64,000 nt of DNA from a virus. Lineage: Duplodnaviria > Caudoviricetes. A program made the translations under genes and the position numbers. The number at the start of each line of letters is the position of its first letter. The first letter of the stretch is position 1. The notes under the pieces are model-generated. The model ran no database searches. It was not told where the DNA came from and saw nothing but the letters and a program-made list of their open reading frames with translations. Positions 27,032 to 37,564 of this stretch are shown here, in pieces. The stretch is taken from positions 1-64,000 of the IMG/VR virus record IMGVR_UViG_2933088407_000001; one strand, 5' to 3'.

Positions 27032-27212
27032 GGACGCCCCCTCCGCACGTATGAAGTCCCGGCCGCTGGAATCGGCCGGGGCTTCTACATCCCACAGTAG
27101 ATCAAGCCAGGCCCCCGACCGCAGGAGCGGGCCGCGAAGCGGCTGGTCAGAGGCGCAGCTAAGCGGAATGCTCGACCCCGTTATTTATGTCCCAGAAGTA
27201 TAGGACGCCGGA

Positions 27213-29138
27213 TCAGGCAGGCAGAATCTCACGCCACGCAGCCACAATCCGCCGCGACAGATAGACGTGCCCCGCGTCCGTCGGATGCACCGCATCCCCA
27301 CCCACGTAAGCCGCCGCGTTGCCGCTCGTGATGAACCCGCCATGCGTCGCCAGCAACGTCCCGGCCGCGTCGTACACCGCCCCCGTGATCGGCGAGACGA
27401 ACGGGAACCCGGCGTTCGCGGCCGCCGTGCGCAGCGTGGTGTCCGTGTTTGTGATGCTCGCTCCAGGGCTCGCCGTCGGAGACCAGCACCCCAGCACCAG
27501 TACCTGGCAGTTCGGCAGCCCCGTCTTGATGGCGGAGAACAGGCTCGCCGCGGCTGTGCCGATCGCGGACTGCGAGCCGCCGTTGTCGTTGTAGCCTCCC
27601 CACACCACCAGGCGGTCCGGTGCCCACGCCACCACATCCGCGGCCAGCCGGTCCGCGAACGTCGCGTAGCTGCCCGGGGTGATGTACCCCGTGCCGCCCC
27701 TCCCCTGGTCCCACGCATCCGTCGAACCGAGCAGCCGAGCCGCGCGGTGAAACCACGTGCCGGCCCCGGCGCCGGTGTTGTGCGCCGAGCCGTCGCTGAT
27801 GCTGTCGCCCAGCACCATCAGCCGGCCGCCCTGCAGCGGCACGCGCCACATCGTCGCCGACGGCGGGAGGTAGACCCCACCGAACGGCATCGTGTAGAAG
27901 TCCAGCCGGATCCGGCGCGGAGCAGCCGACCCCAGGTCAATCGTCAGCATGTGCCCGGAGCCTGCGGTCGTGCCGCCGCTGGACTGCGTCAGGTCTGTCA
28001 CCTTGCGGCCGTCGATGCTCAGCCGGTACATGCTCGCCGAGGAGATGTACTTGAATCTGACCTGCAGCGTCTGGGCGTCCGTGCCGAACTCCACCGACCA
28101 CACGCCCTGGCCCGAGCTGTAGGTGTTCGGGTACTTGCTGAGCGGCAGGACGTAGTTGGTGTCCGGGCTGCTCGCCCCGATCGCGAAGCTCCCGGCGCCG
28201 GCGTAGGCGTACGGCCCGGTCACGTCCGTACCCGCCAAAGCCACCAGCGGCGGGGCGTACTTGATGTAGCCAGTCGTCGGCGTCGTCGTCTGTGCCGTGC
28301 TGATAGTCGGCGCGCTCCCGGTGTACAGGGAGTCCGCCAGCGCGGGATCCGGAAGGTCCCGGCGCCGCCATGCCGTAGCGACCGGTCCCTGCGGACCGGT
28401 CGCACCTGTGGCTCCCGTCGGGCCAGCAGGCCCCTGTGCGCCCGTCGCTCCGGTCGCGCCTTGCGGGCCAGTTGCGCCAGTCGGGCCGGGATCCCCCTGC
28501 GGGCCCTGGCTTCCGGTCGCCCCCGTGGGTCCCGCCGGTCCTTGCTCCCCGGTGTCGCCCTTGGGGCCGGTCGCGCCGGTGGGTCCTGTATCGCCGGCGT
28601 CCCCCTTCAGGCCTTGCGCTCCCGCCGGTCCCGTGGGGCCGGGGTCTCCCTGGTCTCCCTTCGGGCCAGTGGTGCCGGCCGGGCCTTGAGGGCCTGTTGC
28701 TCCGGTCTCGCCCTGCGGTCCGGCGGGTCCACTTGCCCCGGCCGGTCCGGTCGGTCCGGCCGGGCCCGGCACGTAGACGATCGTGCCCGTGCCCAGTGGC
28801 GTGCCGGACAGTGCGATACGCAGGTCTCCCAGCCAGTACGGCCCGTCGGTCTCCGGGACCACGACGTACGCGGTGTTCGGGGTGCCATTCAGTGCGCGGC
28901 CCTCGGTTATCGCCCAGGCCGTGTCGCCGGCATCCGCGGTGATGGCCCCGTTCGGGGTGAGGTCCAGTTCCCAGGACCCGTCCTCGCCGGGCGTCACCGA
29001 GTCCTGCCCGGTGATCTCGCCACTCTCACTGGAGACGTAGCCCACCACCCGCTCCCCCGCCAGATCCACCAGCACCGCTGTGACCTGCACGCGCGTCGGG
29101 TCTGGCACATCAAGCAGCTTGCCCTGCACCACGGTCAT
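27213..29138 (-). CDS. collagen-repeat tail fibre/spike with C-terminal SGNH hydrolase
   Basis: Long Gly-X-Y run; GDSI, GGTG, GGYND and DAVHP blocks. Confidence 0.85.
   Translation of the reverse strand: MTVVQGKLLDVPDPTRVQVTAVLVDLAGERVVGYVSSESGEITGQDSVTPGEDGSWELDLTPNGAITADAGDTAWAITEGRALNGTPNTAYVVVPETDGPYWLGDLRIALSGTPLGTGTIVYVPGPAGPTGPAGASGPAGPQGETGATGPQGPAGTTGPKGDQGDPGPTGPAGAQGLKGDAGDTGPTGATGPKGDTGEQGPAGPTGATGSQGPQGDPGPTGATGPQGATGATGAQGPAGPTGATGATGPQGPVATAWRRRDLPDPALADSLYTGSAPTISTAQTTTPTTGYIKYAPPLVALAGTDVTGPYAYAGAGSFAIGASSPDTNYVLPLSKYPNTYSSGQGVWSVEFGTDAQTLQVRFKYISSASMYRLSIDGRKVTDLTQSSGGTTAGSGHMLTIDLGSAAPRRIRLDFYTMPFGGVYLPPSATMWRVPLQGGRLMVLGDSISDGSAHNTGAGAGTWFHRAARLLGSTDAWDQGRGGTGYITPGSYATFADRLAADVVAWAPDRLVVWGGYNDNGGSQSAIGTAAASLFSAIKTGLPNCQVLVLGCWSPTASPGASITNTDTTLRTAAANAGFPFVSPITGAVYDAAGTLLATHGGFITSGNAAAYVGGDAVHPTDAGHVYLSRRIVAAWREILPA
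28380..28770 (-). repeat. collagen-like Gly-X-Y coding repeat
   Basis: [10 protein letters not shown]...GATGPQGP. Confidence 0.9.
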
Positions 29139-29455
29139 CGATCAGCGTCCTTCGGGTTGGGGCGCTGAACACGGAGGACCATCACCGTGCGCTGCGCCAA
29201 TAGGCCGGCGATCAGCAGGAGAACCACGGCCCGCAGAATGCGCAGGGCAGCAGCCGCGGGACCTTCCTGGCCCACGATGGCTATGGCGACGGTGTACGCG
29301 CCCAACGCGCCGATCGCTGCGCCCAGCGACATCAGGTGCCAGCCCATGATGGTCGAGCGCCACGGGGCCTTGAGGTGGTACGTCACGACGAACACGAGCG
29401 CGGAAACGAAGACAATTCCACTGACCACGGTGTTGATCCACTCGGCGCTGCTCAT
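29135..29455 (-). CDS. putative holin (3 TM)
   Basis: Three hydrophobic helices; APWRSTIMG; within the lysis cassette. Confidence 0.7.
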   Translation of the reverse strand: MSSAEWINTVVSGIVFVSALVFVVTYHLKAPWRSTIMGWHLMSLGAAIGALGAYTVAIAIVGQEGPAAAALRILRAVVLLLIAGLLAQRTVMVLRVQRPNPKDADR

Positions 29456-29673
29456 CTCGGGGTCCCCTCGATGGCCTCGCGGAACATCTCCGCAAAGTGG
29501 TTCCGCTCCCTCAGCCTGCGCAGCTTATTGGTGGCCTCGTCGACCTCTGGGCGACGCTCCTCAGCCTCAAGCCGGGCGGCCTGCGCGCGCTCAACCGCGC
29601 GCTGGGCCGCCTTCTGGCCGGGGGTGGGGCGCCCCCTCCGCCTAACGCAGAGGAGCCTCGTCCATCGGATCAC
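29452..29673 (-). CDS. small lysis-cassette protein
   Basis: Basic coiled coil with LRERNHFAE..REAI. Confidence 0.6.
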   Translation of the reverse strand: MIRWTRLLCVRRRGRPTPGQKAAQRAVERAQAARLEAEERRPEVDEATNKLRRLRERNHFAEMFREAIEGTPR

Positions 29674-29941
29674 TCTGCACCTCCCCCCGCTTGGGCAGAG
29701 AGTCCAGGACGTGGCCCGCGGTATGCGCGAGCTCCATCAGCTGCCGGTTCTGGTCGCGTTCCTCGGCCCGTGCCGCCTCCGACTCGGTGTGAGCGTCGCG
29801 CCAGGTGTTTCGCTCTTCCCTCATGTCGTCGTAGGTGCGCCGCGGTATCAGCCGGCCCGTGAGGACCATCAGGACGACGACGGCCAGCAGGGCCACAGCG
29901 CCACCTTGGGCGATGTCGATGCCCATCAGCTCAGCAGCCAT
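29642..29941 (-). CDS. single-TM lysis-cassette protein
   Basis: TM segment, GRLIPRRT, then a coiled coil. Confidence 0.7.
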   Translation of the reverse strand: MAAELMGIDIAQGGAVALLAVVVLMVLTGRLIPRRTYDDMREERNTWRDAHTESEAARAEERDQNRQLMELAHTAGHVLDSLPKRGEVQSDPMDEAPLR

Positions 29942-30069
29942 GCCGCCTCCAGGATCTTGCGTTCACTGCGTGTGGGGTCCGATTCGTGGGTGGGTGGTCG
30001 ACATGGTGGGCGGCTCATTCGTCTGCCGTGCTGCCGCAGCAGTCAGCGCGGCAGACGGGAGCCGCCACA

Positions 30070-30435
30070 TCAGACGCTGCGGACGGTGGTCGCGGGCCGG
30101 ACCTCCGCGGCAGATACCGGGGCGGTGACCTGCGTGCGGTCGAACATCGCCACCAGCGCGGCCGCGAGGGACATGAACACGGCCTGCTTGTCCGCCGACC
30201 AGTCCAGGCCGAAGCCGACTGCCAGGGCGACGACGGCCTGGACGAAGCCGAGGACGGCCGCGCCGATCGCGTCGTGCGCCATGACCGCGAGGATCAGGCC
30301 GACCGCGGCCGCCGCCACGGCGTTGATCCACGCCTGCTGGTCCGCGGTGACCTCGAGGGCGAAGGCGGAAACGACCTTCACGAGGATGGCGATGAAGCTC
30401 AAAATGAGTGCCGGTTCCCGGCCGAAGATCTTCAC
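30070..30435 (-). CDS. putative holin (4 TM)
   Basis: IFGREPA ... RTQVTAPV; immediately downstream of the endolysin. Confidence 0.75.
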   Translation of the reverse strand: MKIFGREPALILSFIAILVKVVSAFALEVTADQQAWINAVAAAAVGLILAVMAHDAIGAAVLGFVQAVVALAVGFGLDWSADKQAVFMSLAAALVAMFDRTQVTAPVSAAEVRPATTVRSV

Positions 30436-30469
30436 GATGGTTCTCCAATGGATGGGGGTGTGTAGGTGC

Positions 30470-31774
30470 TCAGACCTTGGGGACCTTGAGGGCCGCCCAC
30501 GACTTGGCGCCGGGAATCCCGTCGGCGTCTGATCCGGAATAGCCGAGCTTGATCTGCCAAGCGCGATAGCTGGCCTTGTCGACGTTGGTCCAGTTCGGAC
30601 CGGGGCCGTCCTTGTACCGGCCGCAGCCTTCAGCGACGAGCCGGCGGCCCATCGCGGTGATGATCTGGCTGTGTCGGCCGCCGTGGAAGAATGACGAGCC
30701 GGGGAACGGCTCGTACTGCGGAGTGCTGGGCTTGGACGCGGCGCCGGAGACCTTGAGCTTCTGGCCAACCTTGATCTCGTCGGCGTCCTTGAGGTCGTTC
30801 AGCGAGACGAGCTTGGCGACGGTCGTGCCGTACTTCTTCGCGATGGCGGAGAGCGTGTCGCCCTTCTTCACCGTGTACGTCGTCGTACCGCCGCTGTCCG
30901 AGGAGCCACCCGTGTCGCTGGCAGCCTTGCCGGGGACCTTGGCCGTGTCGATCGCGCCCGGATCTCCGTGATCATTGCCGGGGACCTGGGAGTGGCCGTA
31001 ATGCCCGGCCTTGGACTGCCAGACCGACCGGGACCGGGCATCGCTTCCGCTCGGGTAGGCCGGCGGCTTACCCGCGGGCCAGGTGTCGGGGATTCCCCAG
31101 GCGCGGCCAGCGGCCAGCAGCTTCTGGAAGTTCGGCTTCTTCGCCGGATCGAAGCCGTTGGTCCACGGGGATGCGGCGCGGCCAAGGACCTCGACCTGGA
31201 TGTTGACCTTGCCCTCGCGGTTGGTGCGGCGGGCGCCGTCGTTCTTGAGGGCGCGGCCGGACTGGTTGAGGGGCCCGAACTGGCCGATCTTGTCGGTGAC
31301 GGGATCGTAGATGACCTGAGGCTCGGCGCCGACGCGGATCAGGTACGCGCCGATCGACGTCAGGTACGAGCTGCCTGCCGGGGATTCGGTGGTGTGCCAG
31401 GTGAACCGCGCTCCGGACTCGGGGTGGTCCATGGAGCCGCCGATGGACTGGTCGCCGAGCTTGGTGGCGCCGGATATGTACGCCGGGCCGGATGCCTGCC
31501 GCGGCATGCCCTCCTCGGCCGGTCCCGGGTAAGGCTGCCGGACGTCGAACGCCGGGGCGTCGGTCGGCACGTACACGTCCAGGTCGCCGTCGTCCCGGAG
31601 TACGCAGAACGCGCCGGGCTGCCGGTGCTCCTTTACGAAGCGCGGCGCCTTGTCCAGCGCGGCGATGGCGCGGACCTCGTCGGCGTGCGCCTGGTCGACG
31701 GTGCCGAGGTAGGTGGTGGTGAGCTGGTTGGTCTCGGGGTCGAGGTGATCGACCGCGACGTGGTACTCGGTCAT
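30470..31774 (-). CDS. endolysin: N-terminal unknown domain, amidase, LysM, peptidoglycan-binding domain
   Basis: [22 protein letters not shown]; [19 protein letters not shown]; [10 protein letters not shown]. Confidence 0.92.
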   Translation of the reverse strand: MTEYHVAVDHLDPETNQLTTTYLGTVDQAHADEVRAIAALDKAPRFVKEHRQPGAFCVLRDDGDLDVYVPTDAPAFDVRQPYPGPAEEGMPRQASGPAYISGATKLGDQSIGGSMDHPESGARFTWHTTESPAGSSYLTSIGAYLIRVGAEPQVIYDPVTDKIGQFGPLNQSGRALKNDGARRTNREGKVNIQVEVLGRAASPWTNGFDPAKKPNFQKLLAAGRAWGIPDTWPAGKPPAYPSGSDARSRSVWQSKAGHYGHSQVPGNDHGDPGAIDTAKVPGKAASDTGGSSDSGGTTTYTVKKGDTLSAIAKKYGTTVAKLVSLNDLKDADEIKVGQKLKVSGAASKPSTPQYEPFPGSSFFHGGRHSQIITAMGRRLVAEGCGRYKDGPGPNWTNVDKASYRAWQIKLGYSGSDADGIPGAKSWAALKVPKV

Positions 31775-32595
31775 TGGCTGGTCCTGTCGAGGCGGGGCTG
31801 GACGAGGTCGATCTCGCTGCGCAGCTGCTGGTAGACGGCGAGGGACATGCGGAAGGAGCCGGAGTCGCCCCAGGAGGAGCCCCAGCTGTTTTGCACGCGC
31901 AGGACGGTGTGCTCGTAGGAGAAGTCGCCCTCGACCTCGGCGACGGACTCCAGGGCTGTGATGAGGACTTCGTGGCCGCCGGCGACCGGAGAGGACTCCC
32001 AGTTGGGGATCTCATCGAGGAGTGCTGTGCTGGAGACCGGGGTGAAGAAGGCGTCCCGCCAAGGCATTCCCATGAGGACGGGGCCGGTCTGGAGGAGCAT
32101 GCACAGCTCTTCGGCGGTGGTGGCGTGGCCGTACTGGTCGATGAGGCCTCGGCGTCGGAGGGCCTTGGCGACGCCGAGGCCGGAGGAGCCGCAGTCGTCG
32201 TTGGGCCAGGTGTAGTCCAGCCATTCGTCGGCCTGGGTGGCGTCGGCGTACAGGCCGATCGCCCACCGTTCGGCGGCGATCGGGTCGCTGGTGTCGAGGC
32301 CCGCGGCGGTGCAGGCGGCGGAGTCGAGGAGGACGGAGATGCAGGCGGTGGCGGCGTTGGCGGTGCAGGAGCCGAGGGCGTCCACGTCGTCCACGCCGTT
32401 GAACATCTCCGACGTCCTGATGCCTTGCTTCAGCAGGTCCTGCTGGTCCAGGAGCGGAATCTTCGGGGCCCACTCGACGGTGCGGATGGTCTCGCCGGAG
32501 TAGGGGCGGCGGTAGGCGAGGCTGCGCGGGTCCAGCACGCGGTGCCGGCCCAATGAGCCAGTTACGTCGTACTGCTGAATGTCGAGGTCGGGCAA
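31771..32595 (-). CDS. papain-like (C1) cysteine peptidase
   Basis: [30 protein letters not shown]. Confidence 0.88.
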   Translation of the reverse strand: MPDLDIQQYDVTGSLGRHRVLDPRSLAYRRPYSGETIRTVEWAPKIPLLDQQDLLKQGIRTSEMFNGVDDVDALGSCTANAATACISVLLDSAACTAAGLDTSDPIAAERWAIGLYADATQADEWLDYTWPNDDCGSSGLGVAKALRRRGLIDQYGHATTAEELCMLLQTGPVLMGMPWRDAFFTPVSSTALLDEIPNWESSPVAGGHEVLITALESVAEVEGDFSYEHTVLRVQNSWGSSWGDSGSFRMSLAVYQQLRSEIDLVQPRLDRTSQ

Positions 32596-32614
32596 CGCCC
32601 CGGGCTCCTACGCT

Positions 32615-32625
32615 CCCCGCGCCTG
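32615..32625 (-). promoter_or_regulatory. late-gene leader motif (partial copy)
   Basis: CAGGCGCGGGG upstream of the peptidase RBS. Confidence 0.45.
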
Positions 32626-32739
32626 AGCTGATGTGTGTCTCTGACCGGCGCGGTGCGCTGTCAGTCCCTCGGGGAGAGCGGAGGGTCGCTGGGTTCAGAG
32701 TACGGGCGATCAGTCCCGGCGTTGCCCCTGCAGGGGTCA

Positions 32740-34617
32740 TCAGGCGATGCGGGTGACGCGCATCCACGAGCCGACGGCCATGCGGTTGAAGGTGGTGGAC
32801 GACGTGGACTGTGCCCAACCGAGGGCGAGGGTTCCGGCGCTGGTGGTGGTGACGGTGCCCGTTTCGATGGCGTAGCAGACGTTGGTGTTCACGTTGCGGC
32901 GGCCGTAGGTGATGGTGGTGCCGAAGTTGTGTGCGCCGCTCCTCATGGTGATGCCGTCGCCGTTGTTGTTGCCCGCGGTGGCTTCAGTCGCGGCCGAGGA
33001 CGGGCCCATGGCGCCCTTGAGGCCGGTAGCGCCGGTGGGCACCAGCCACTCCGTCACCGTGAGAGCGAACGTACTGCCGCCGGTGAACAGGTGGAACTCC
33101 ACGATGTAGGTGGCGTTCGCGAGGAGCGACACCGTCAGGTGTGGGTCTGCGGTCCGGCTGGTGGTGCTCGTGCGGTCGGTGTTCGCCGGCTTGCTGACCA
33201 GGTACGGGGTGTTCTGGGCCATGACGCTGCCCGTGACGGAGAGGCCGGACGAGGTGAACGTGTGATCGCTGCCGTTAGCGTTTACGTTCACGTAGTCGCC
33301 GGTGACGTAGACGGAGCTGTGCTTGCCGGTACCGGTGCCGTCCTGGACGTACATGTTCATGTACGAGGCGCCAGCGGTGGAAGAGCCGGAGGCGGCGTCG
33401 ATCGCGGCGAAACCGATCTCGCTCGTGGCCGTTGGGGCGTTCGTTGCCACGGCGAAGCGGCCGGGGAAGGATCCGGCTTTCGGTGATCCGAGGGAGATGA
33501 CGGCTTGGCTGTAGGCGCCGCTGGAGTCCTGGGCGACGATCGGCGCCCCGAGAGCTGTGGTGGGCTGCGCCGGGACACCCACGGTGGGGCCGGCGTTGAG
33601 CCCGGCGGGGAAGAGCTCACCGGTGACGCCGGAGTACAGGAGCATCGTCGGCCGGTTCACCATGCCGGCGGGCGGGGTGGGGGTGACCACGACGCGGGAG
33701 CCGGTGGTGTTGGTTTGGAGGACGCCGCCGGTGACGGTGGCGCCGGTGATGTCGGTGCCGTTGATGGTGCCGCCGGTGATGGTCTTGCCGGTGATGGCGT
33801 CGGCCTTGATGGCGGTGGCGTCGACGCTGCCTGCGGCGAGCTTGGCGGTGGTGACGGCGTTGGCGTCGAGCTTGTCGGTGGTGATGGCGAGGGCTGCCAC
33901 CTTCGCTGCGGTGACGGCCTCGGCGGCGAGCTTGTCGGTAAGGATGGCGCCGGCGGCTATCTGTCCGGCGAGGATCGCCCCGGCCACGATCTTCTGCGTG
34001 GTGACGGCGTCGTCGGTGATTTCGGTGGTGCCGACGGCCCCGGCGGCGATTTTCGCGGCGGTCACGGCGTCGGCCGCGAGCTTCGCCTCGGTGACGATGC
34101 CGTCGAGGATGTCGGACGCGACGACCGGTGTCGGCCCGTACGGGCCGGCCTCGGTGGAGGGGGTTGAGGCGGCGCCGGACGTGTTGCGGGCTAGCAGTTG
34201 TACGTACACCGGGTCGTCCGTCACTACGACGACGGTGGCGCCCTGCGCCGTCTCGATCGTGGACTGTAGCGTCGCCGCGGTCGCCGTGAAGCCGCTGCTG
34301 GTGGAGGCGTGGACCTCGATCCGGGCCCAGTCCAGGGGGATCACCGCGGCGTCGGCGAACTGGCCGTCCCACGAAACGGTGACGCCGCCCAGCACGGAGG
34401 CGACGACCGGGGTGGACGGGGCCGGGGGCGGGGGTCCGTTGACGACCTGGATGCCGGAGGTGCCGTCGGCCTGCTGCCCGACGATCGCGCGCAGGCCACC
34501 AAAGTCGTCGCGGGCCACGAGGGCGGTTCCGTCGAGGGAGGCTGACGAGAGGCGAGAGGCGCGTTCGACCTTCTTGATGCGGGCTTCCAGGATGGCGAGC
34601 TGGGCTCCGATGTCCAT
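32740..34617 (-). CDS. minor tail / tail fibre protein
   Basis: Fn3-like segment; repeated AVTAAKIAAG units; TGATG coupling. Confidence 0.8.
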   Translation of the reverse strand: MDIGAQLAILEARIKKVERASRLSSASLDGTALVARDDFGGLRAIVGQQADGTSGIQVVNGPPPPAPSTPVVASVLGGVTVSWDGQFADAAVIPLDWARIEVHASTSSGFTATAATLQSTIETAQGATVVVVTDDPVYVQLLARNTSGAASTPSTEAGPYGPTPVVASDILDGIVTEAKLAADAVTAAKIAAGAVGTTEITDDAVTTQKIVAGAILAGQIAAGAILTDKLAAEAVTAAKVAALAITTDKLDANAVTTAKLAAGSVDATAIKADAITGKTITGGTINGTDITGATVTGGVLQTNTTGSRVVVTPTPPAGMVNRPTMLLYSGVTGELFPAGLNAGPTVGVPAQPTTALGAPIVAQDSSGAYSQAVISLGSPKAGSFPGRFAVATNAPTATSEIGFAAIDAASGSSTAGASYMNMYVQDGTGTGKHSSVYVTGDYVNVNANGSDHTFTSSGLSVTGSVMAQNTPYLVSKPANTDRTSTTSRTADPHLTVSLLANATYIVEFHLFTGGSTFALTVTEWLVPTGATGLKGAMGPSSAATEATAGNNNGDGITMRSGAHNFGTTITYGRRNVNTNVCYAIETGTVTTTSAGTLALGWAQSTSSTTFNRMAVGSWMRVTRIA

Positions 34618-35711
34618 CACATGCCTCCGTAGACGTAGGAGCCGGCGGGCTTGAGCTGGAGGGTGGCCTGCTCGCCGCCTTGGGCGGTGGGCTTGACGGT
34701 CCAACTGACGATGCGGCACCAGCCCGCGAATGAGGTCCAGGGGTTGTTGACGCGGACGCGGACGTCGTCGCCGACCTGCCACGAGCCGATGGGGGCCGCG
34801 GGGTGGTCCCGCACGGTGATTTCCTGTACGGAGCCGAGGGTCTGGCGCCATTTCGATTCGGCGGCGGCGCGCTGGGCCAGTAGGTCGGTGCCGTTGACGT
34901 CGGGCAGGTCGAGGACTGTTTCGAGGCGGAGGCGGCCGTTGCGGATGGCGTTGATCGACCGCTTCTTCGCGGAGCCGTCTCCGGTGCCGACGGCGACGAC
35001 GACCTGGGCGTACTCGTCGCCGGCCTGCGGTACCTCGGGGTCCTCGAGGATGTTGACGCCGGTCGCGAAGCTGATGTCGGTCCGGCGCGCTCCGAGGCGT
35101 GGCCAGCCGAGCCGGACCCTGCGCACGGGCGCGGTACGGCCGGTGTTCCAGGCGACGTCGCAGGCGTAGTCGGGGGTCGCGTCCCCGGAGACGAGGTCAT
35201 CGATGGCGTCGCCCAGCACCGGGCTCTCCCACCAGGAGAACTTCAGCGGCTCGGCGGTGGTGCCGACCTTCGCGGTGCTGGTGGTGGCGTCGACGGTGAC
35301 GCCAAGGTTGCCGTCGGCGATGGACTGCGCGTAGGCCCAGACGTCGCGGATGACGGTGCAGGGGTCGGCGTTGGCGTAGGGGCCGCGGCCACCGAGGTTG
35401 CCGTCCAGGTCGTGGCGGTGCTGGAGGTAGGAGGACCAGCCGGCCGCCTCGATGGCGTATTCAGAGCCTTGCGGGCGGGCGTCCCAGACGAGGCCGCCCC
35501 AGCGCAGCAGCCCGTCGCGCTCGACGTAGATGAGGGTGGTGCCTGGGTCGGTGAGGGTGGTGTTGGAGGCGAGGAGGTGCGGGGCGAGCGTGCCGGATAG
35601 GGAGCCGGGCCCGTTCAGTTCGGAGCCGTACTCCAGGTCGGTGATCGGGAGGGCTTTGGACAGCCACTGGCCGGTGAGGGCGTGCTGGGTCAGTACCCGG
35701 TAGCCGGCCAT
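34617..35711 (-). CDS. minor tail protein (hub/Tal-like)
   Basis: ELNGPGSLSG..VERDG..WGG; GSWQVGDDVRV; position in the tail module. Confidence 0.8.
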   Translation of the reverse strand: MAGYRVLTQHALTGQWLSKALPITDLEYGSELNGPGSLSGTLAPHLLASNTTLTDPGTTLIYVERDGLLRWGGLVWDARPQGSEYAIEAAGWSSYLQHRHDLDGNLGGRGPYANADPCTVIRDVWAYAQSIADGNLGVTVDATTSTAKVGTTAEPLKFSWWESPVLGDAIDDLVSGDATPDYACDVAWNTGRTAPVRRVRLGWPRLGARRTDISFATGVNILEDPEVPQAGDEYAQVVVAVGTGDGSAKKRSINAIRNGRLRLETVLDLPDVNGTDLLAQRAAAESKWRQTLGSVQEITVRDHPAAPIGSWQVGDDVRVRVNNPWTSFAGWCRIVSWTVKPTAQGGEQATLQLKPAGSYVYGGM

Positions 35712-36652
35712 CAGTACGGCGCCTCGAAGAATTCGACGTCCGCGATGATCGTCGTTGAGGAGTCGACGGAGAACTTGCCCGCGTTGCCGGAGAAGCCGGC
35801 GACTTGGAGGCGCAGGAGCTGGGTGGTGCCGCGGTAGGCGGAGGGGATGAGGAGGTTGTCGCCGAGGACAACGGTGCCGCGGCGGACGCCGGTGCCCTGG
35901 TTGTCGTCGAGGATGACCTGCTGGACGGTGAGGCTGGCGCCGAAGGTGGCGCGGAGTTGCCCGAAGATCGTGCCGGTGCTGTAGCGGATCTGCCCCACGT
36001 CGATCTTGATTTTGACGCGGGCTGCCCAGGCGGGGATGGCGATGTTCCAGCCCGCGGCGGTGCTGAAGTAGGAGTAGGTGCCGCTGGATCCGCTGATCTC
36101 GGTGGACAGGGAGCCCGGGGACTGCATGTTCAGGGTGCGGTCGCGGCGGGCGTTGGCGATGCTCCGCAGGTCCGTGATCATCGCGTCGGTGATGATGGAC
36201 GTCGATGCCGGTATGTCGATGCGGGCCAGGGGGATCGCCGTGCGGGAGTCCGGGATTGCCGTGGCGGTGGAGGTGACACCGGAAATGATCTGGAAGTATT
36301 CGATCTGGTCGGTGGCCGGGTCGAGGCTGCTGCCGGGGTATTCGGGGTCCTCGACCCTCAATACGATCATGTCGGATCGCGGGGTGCCGCCTGTGGGCGC
36401 GATGTCGATGGTTTCGGTACCCACGTTGCAGACGGCATAGGAGCCCTGGAAGGCGTTGTCACGTCCACGGACAATGCCTGAGCCGTCGGAGATGTTGACG
36501 GACGCCCCCGGTGTGGACAGGGCCGTTACCTTCAGGTCGTCTCCTTCGGTGATGCCCTCCGACCCGCGGGCCAGGTCCCGCACGAGCATGCGGAACTGCT
36601 GTGCGCTGTGTGAGGCGCCGTCCGTGAGGATCGGTGCTTGGAACAGGGCCAT
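35711..36652 (-). CDS. minor tail protein
   Basis: PRSDMIVLRVEDPEY; IPLARIDIPA...ITDLR. Confidence 0.8.
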   Translation of the reverse strand: MALFQAPILTDGASHSAQQFRMLVRDLARGSEGITEGDDLKVTALSTPGASVNISDGSGIVRGRDNAFQGSYAVCNVGTETIDIAPTGGTPRSDMIVLRVEDPEYPGSSLDPATDQIEYFQIISGVTSTATAIPDSRTAIPLARIDIPASTSIITDAMITDLRSIANARRDRTLNMQSPGSLSTEISGSSGTYSYFSTAAGWNIAIPAWAARVKIKIDVGQIRYSTGTIFGQLRATFGASLTVQQVILDDNQGTGVRRGTVVLGDNLLIPSAYRGTTQLLRLQVAGFSGNAGKFSVDSSTTIIADVEFFEAPY

Positions 36653-36661
36653 GTCGTGCTC

Positions 36662-37564
36662 CTAGAGGGCGGTGTAGGCGTCGCGCCAGGTGATGGTGAG
36701 CCGGGCTGTGTTGGTCGGGTCGACGGCGGTCCACCGCATCTCGGACGTGCCGGGGGGCAGGGAGAACAGGTCGAGACGGGAGGCGGCGGCCAGGTACGTT
36801 TCGGCGTTGCCGCCGTTCTCCCGCACCACCGACAGTCGCCCCGGCCGGGTGTCCATCTCCACCCACTGGCCCGCGGTGAGGGCGAGCGTCGGCAGGGCCA
36901 GGACGCGGCCCGAGGTGGCGTGAGTGATGGTGACGTTGTTGCACGGCCCCTGGATGCGCAGGACGGGCCAGGTGTCGCGGGTGCCGGCGTTGGTGACCCA
37001 CCCGGGGCGTTCCGCGGTGGTGGTGGCGGAGGTGACGAAGATGGGTGCGACGACGGGGGCGGTGAATCCGCCGCCGGTCATCCAGCCGAGGGGGATGTCG
37101 AGGGTCTGCTCGGTGTCGCCGTACCAGGTGGGGTCGGTCGCTTCGAATGCCATGTCGAGTTCGATGCGGCCGTGGATGGCGGTGGCCATCTCCGGGGCGC
37201 AGCGGCGCAGTCGGCCGTTGGCGCGTCGGGTGGTGCCGCCGGGCCGGCGGACGCGTAGCGGCATCGTGGCGCCGCCGACGAGCCGGATGGCGGGATCATC
37301 GGCGGCGGCCTGGAGCTGCGCGAGGAGGGCTTCGCAGGCGGGGCCGTTGCCGGGGATGGTGATGCCGCCGTCGAACTCGATGGTGCGGGCCGTGTAGTAG
37401 TCCGGGCCCGGGTAGGTGCCGTCAGCGGACGGCCGGTCGACGTCGGAGTCGCGGGTTCCGGGCCAGCCGAGGCCGGTGACTTCCTTGAAGCGGATCGGGG
37501 TGCCGGTGCCCATGAGGACACCGCCGAGGTCCCACTGCCCCTCGTTCAGGTCAACGTCCGGCAC
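36662..37564 (-). CDS. distal tail protein (Dit-like)
   Basis: First gene after the tape measure; FEATDPTWYG, NAG...WP, LPPG. Confidence 0.8.
   Translation of the reverse strand: MPDVDLNEGQWDLGGVLMGTGTPIRFKEVTGLGWPGTRDSDVDRPSADGTYPGPDYYTARTIEFDGGITIPGNGPACEALLAQLQAAADDPAIRLVGGATMPLRVRRPGGTTRRANGRLRRCAPEMATAIHGRIELDMAFEATDPTWYGDTEQTLDIPLGWMTGGGFTAPVVAPIFVTSATTTAERPGWVTNAGTRDTWPVLRIQGPCNNVTITHATSGRVLALPTLALTAGQWVEMDTRPGRLSVVRENGGNAETYLAAASRLDLFSLPPGTSEMRWTAVDPTNTARLTITWRDAYTAL

Noticed and set aside
28380-28770. Repeat tract as a CRISPR or iteron array
   Set aside because: It has 9-nt periodicity encoding Gly-X-Y; no repeat-spacer structure and no cas genes
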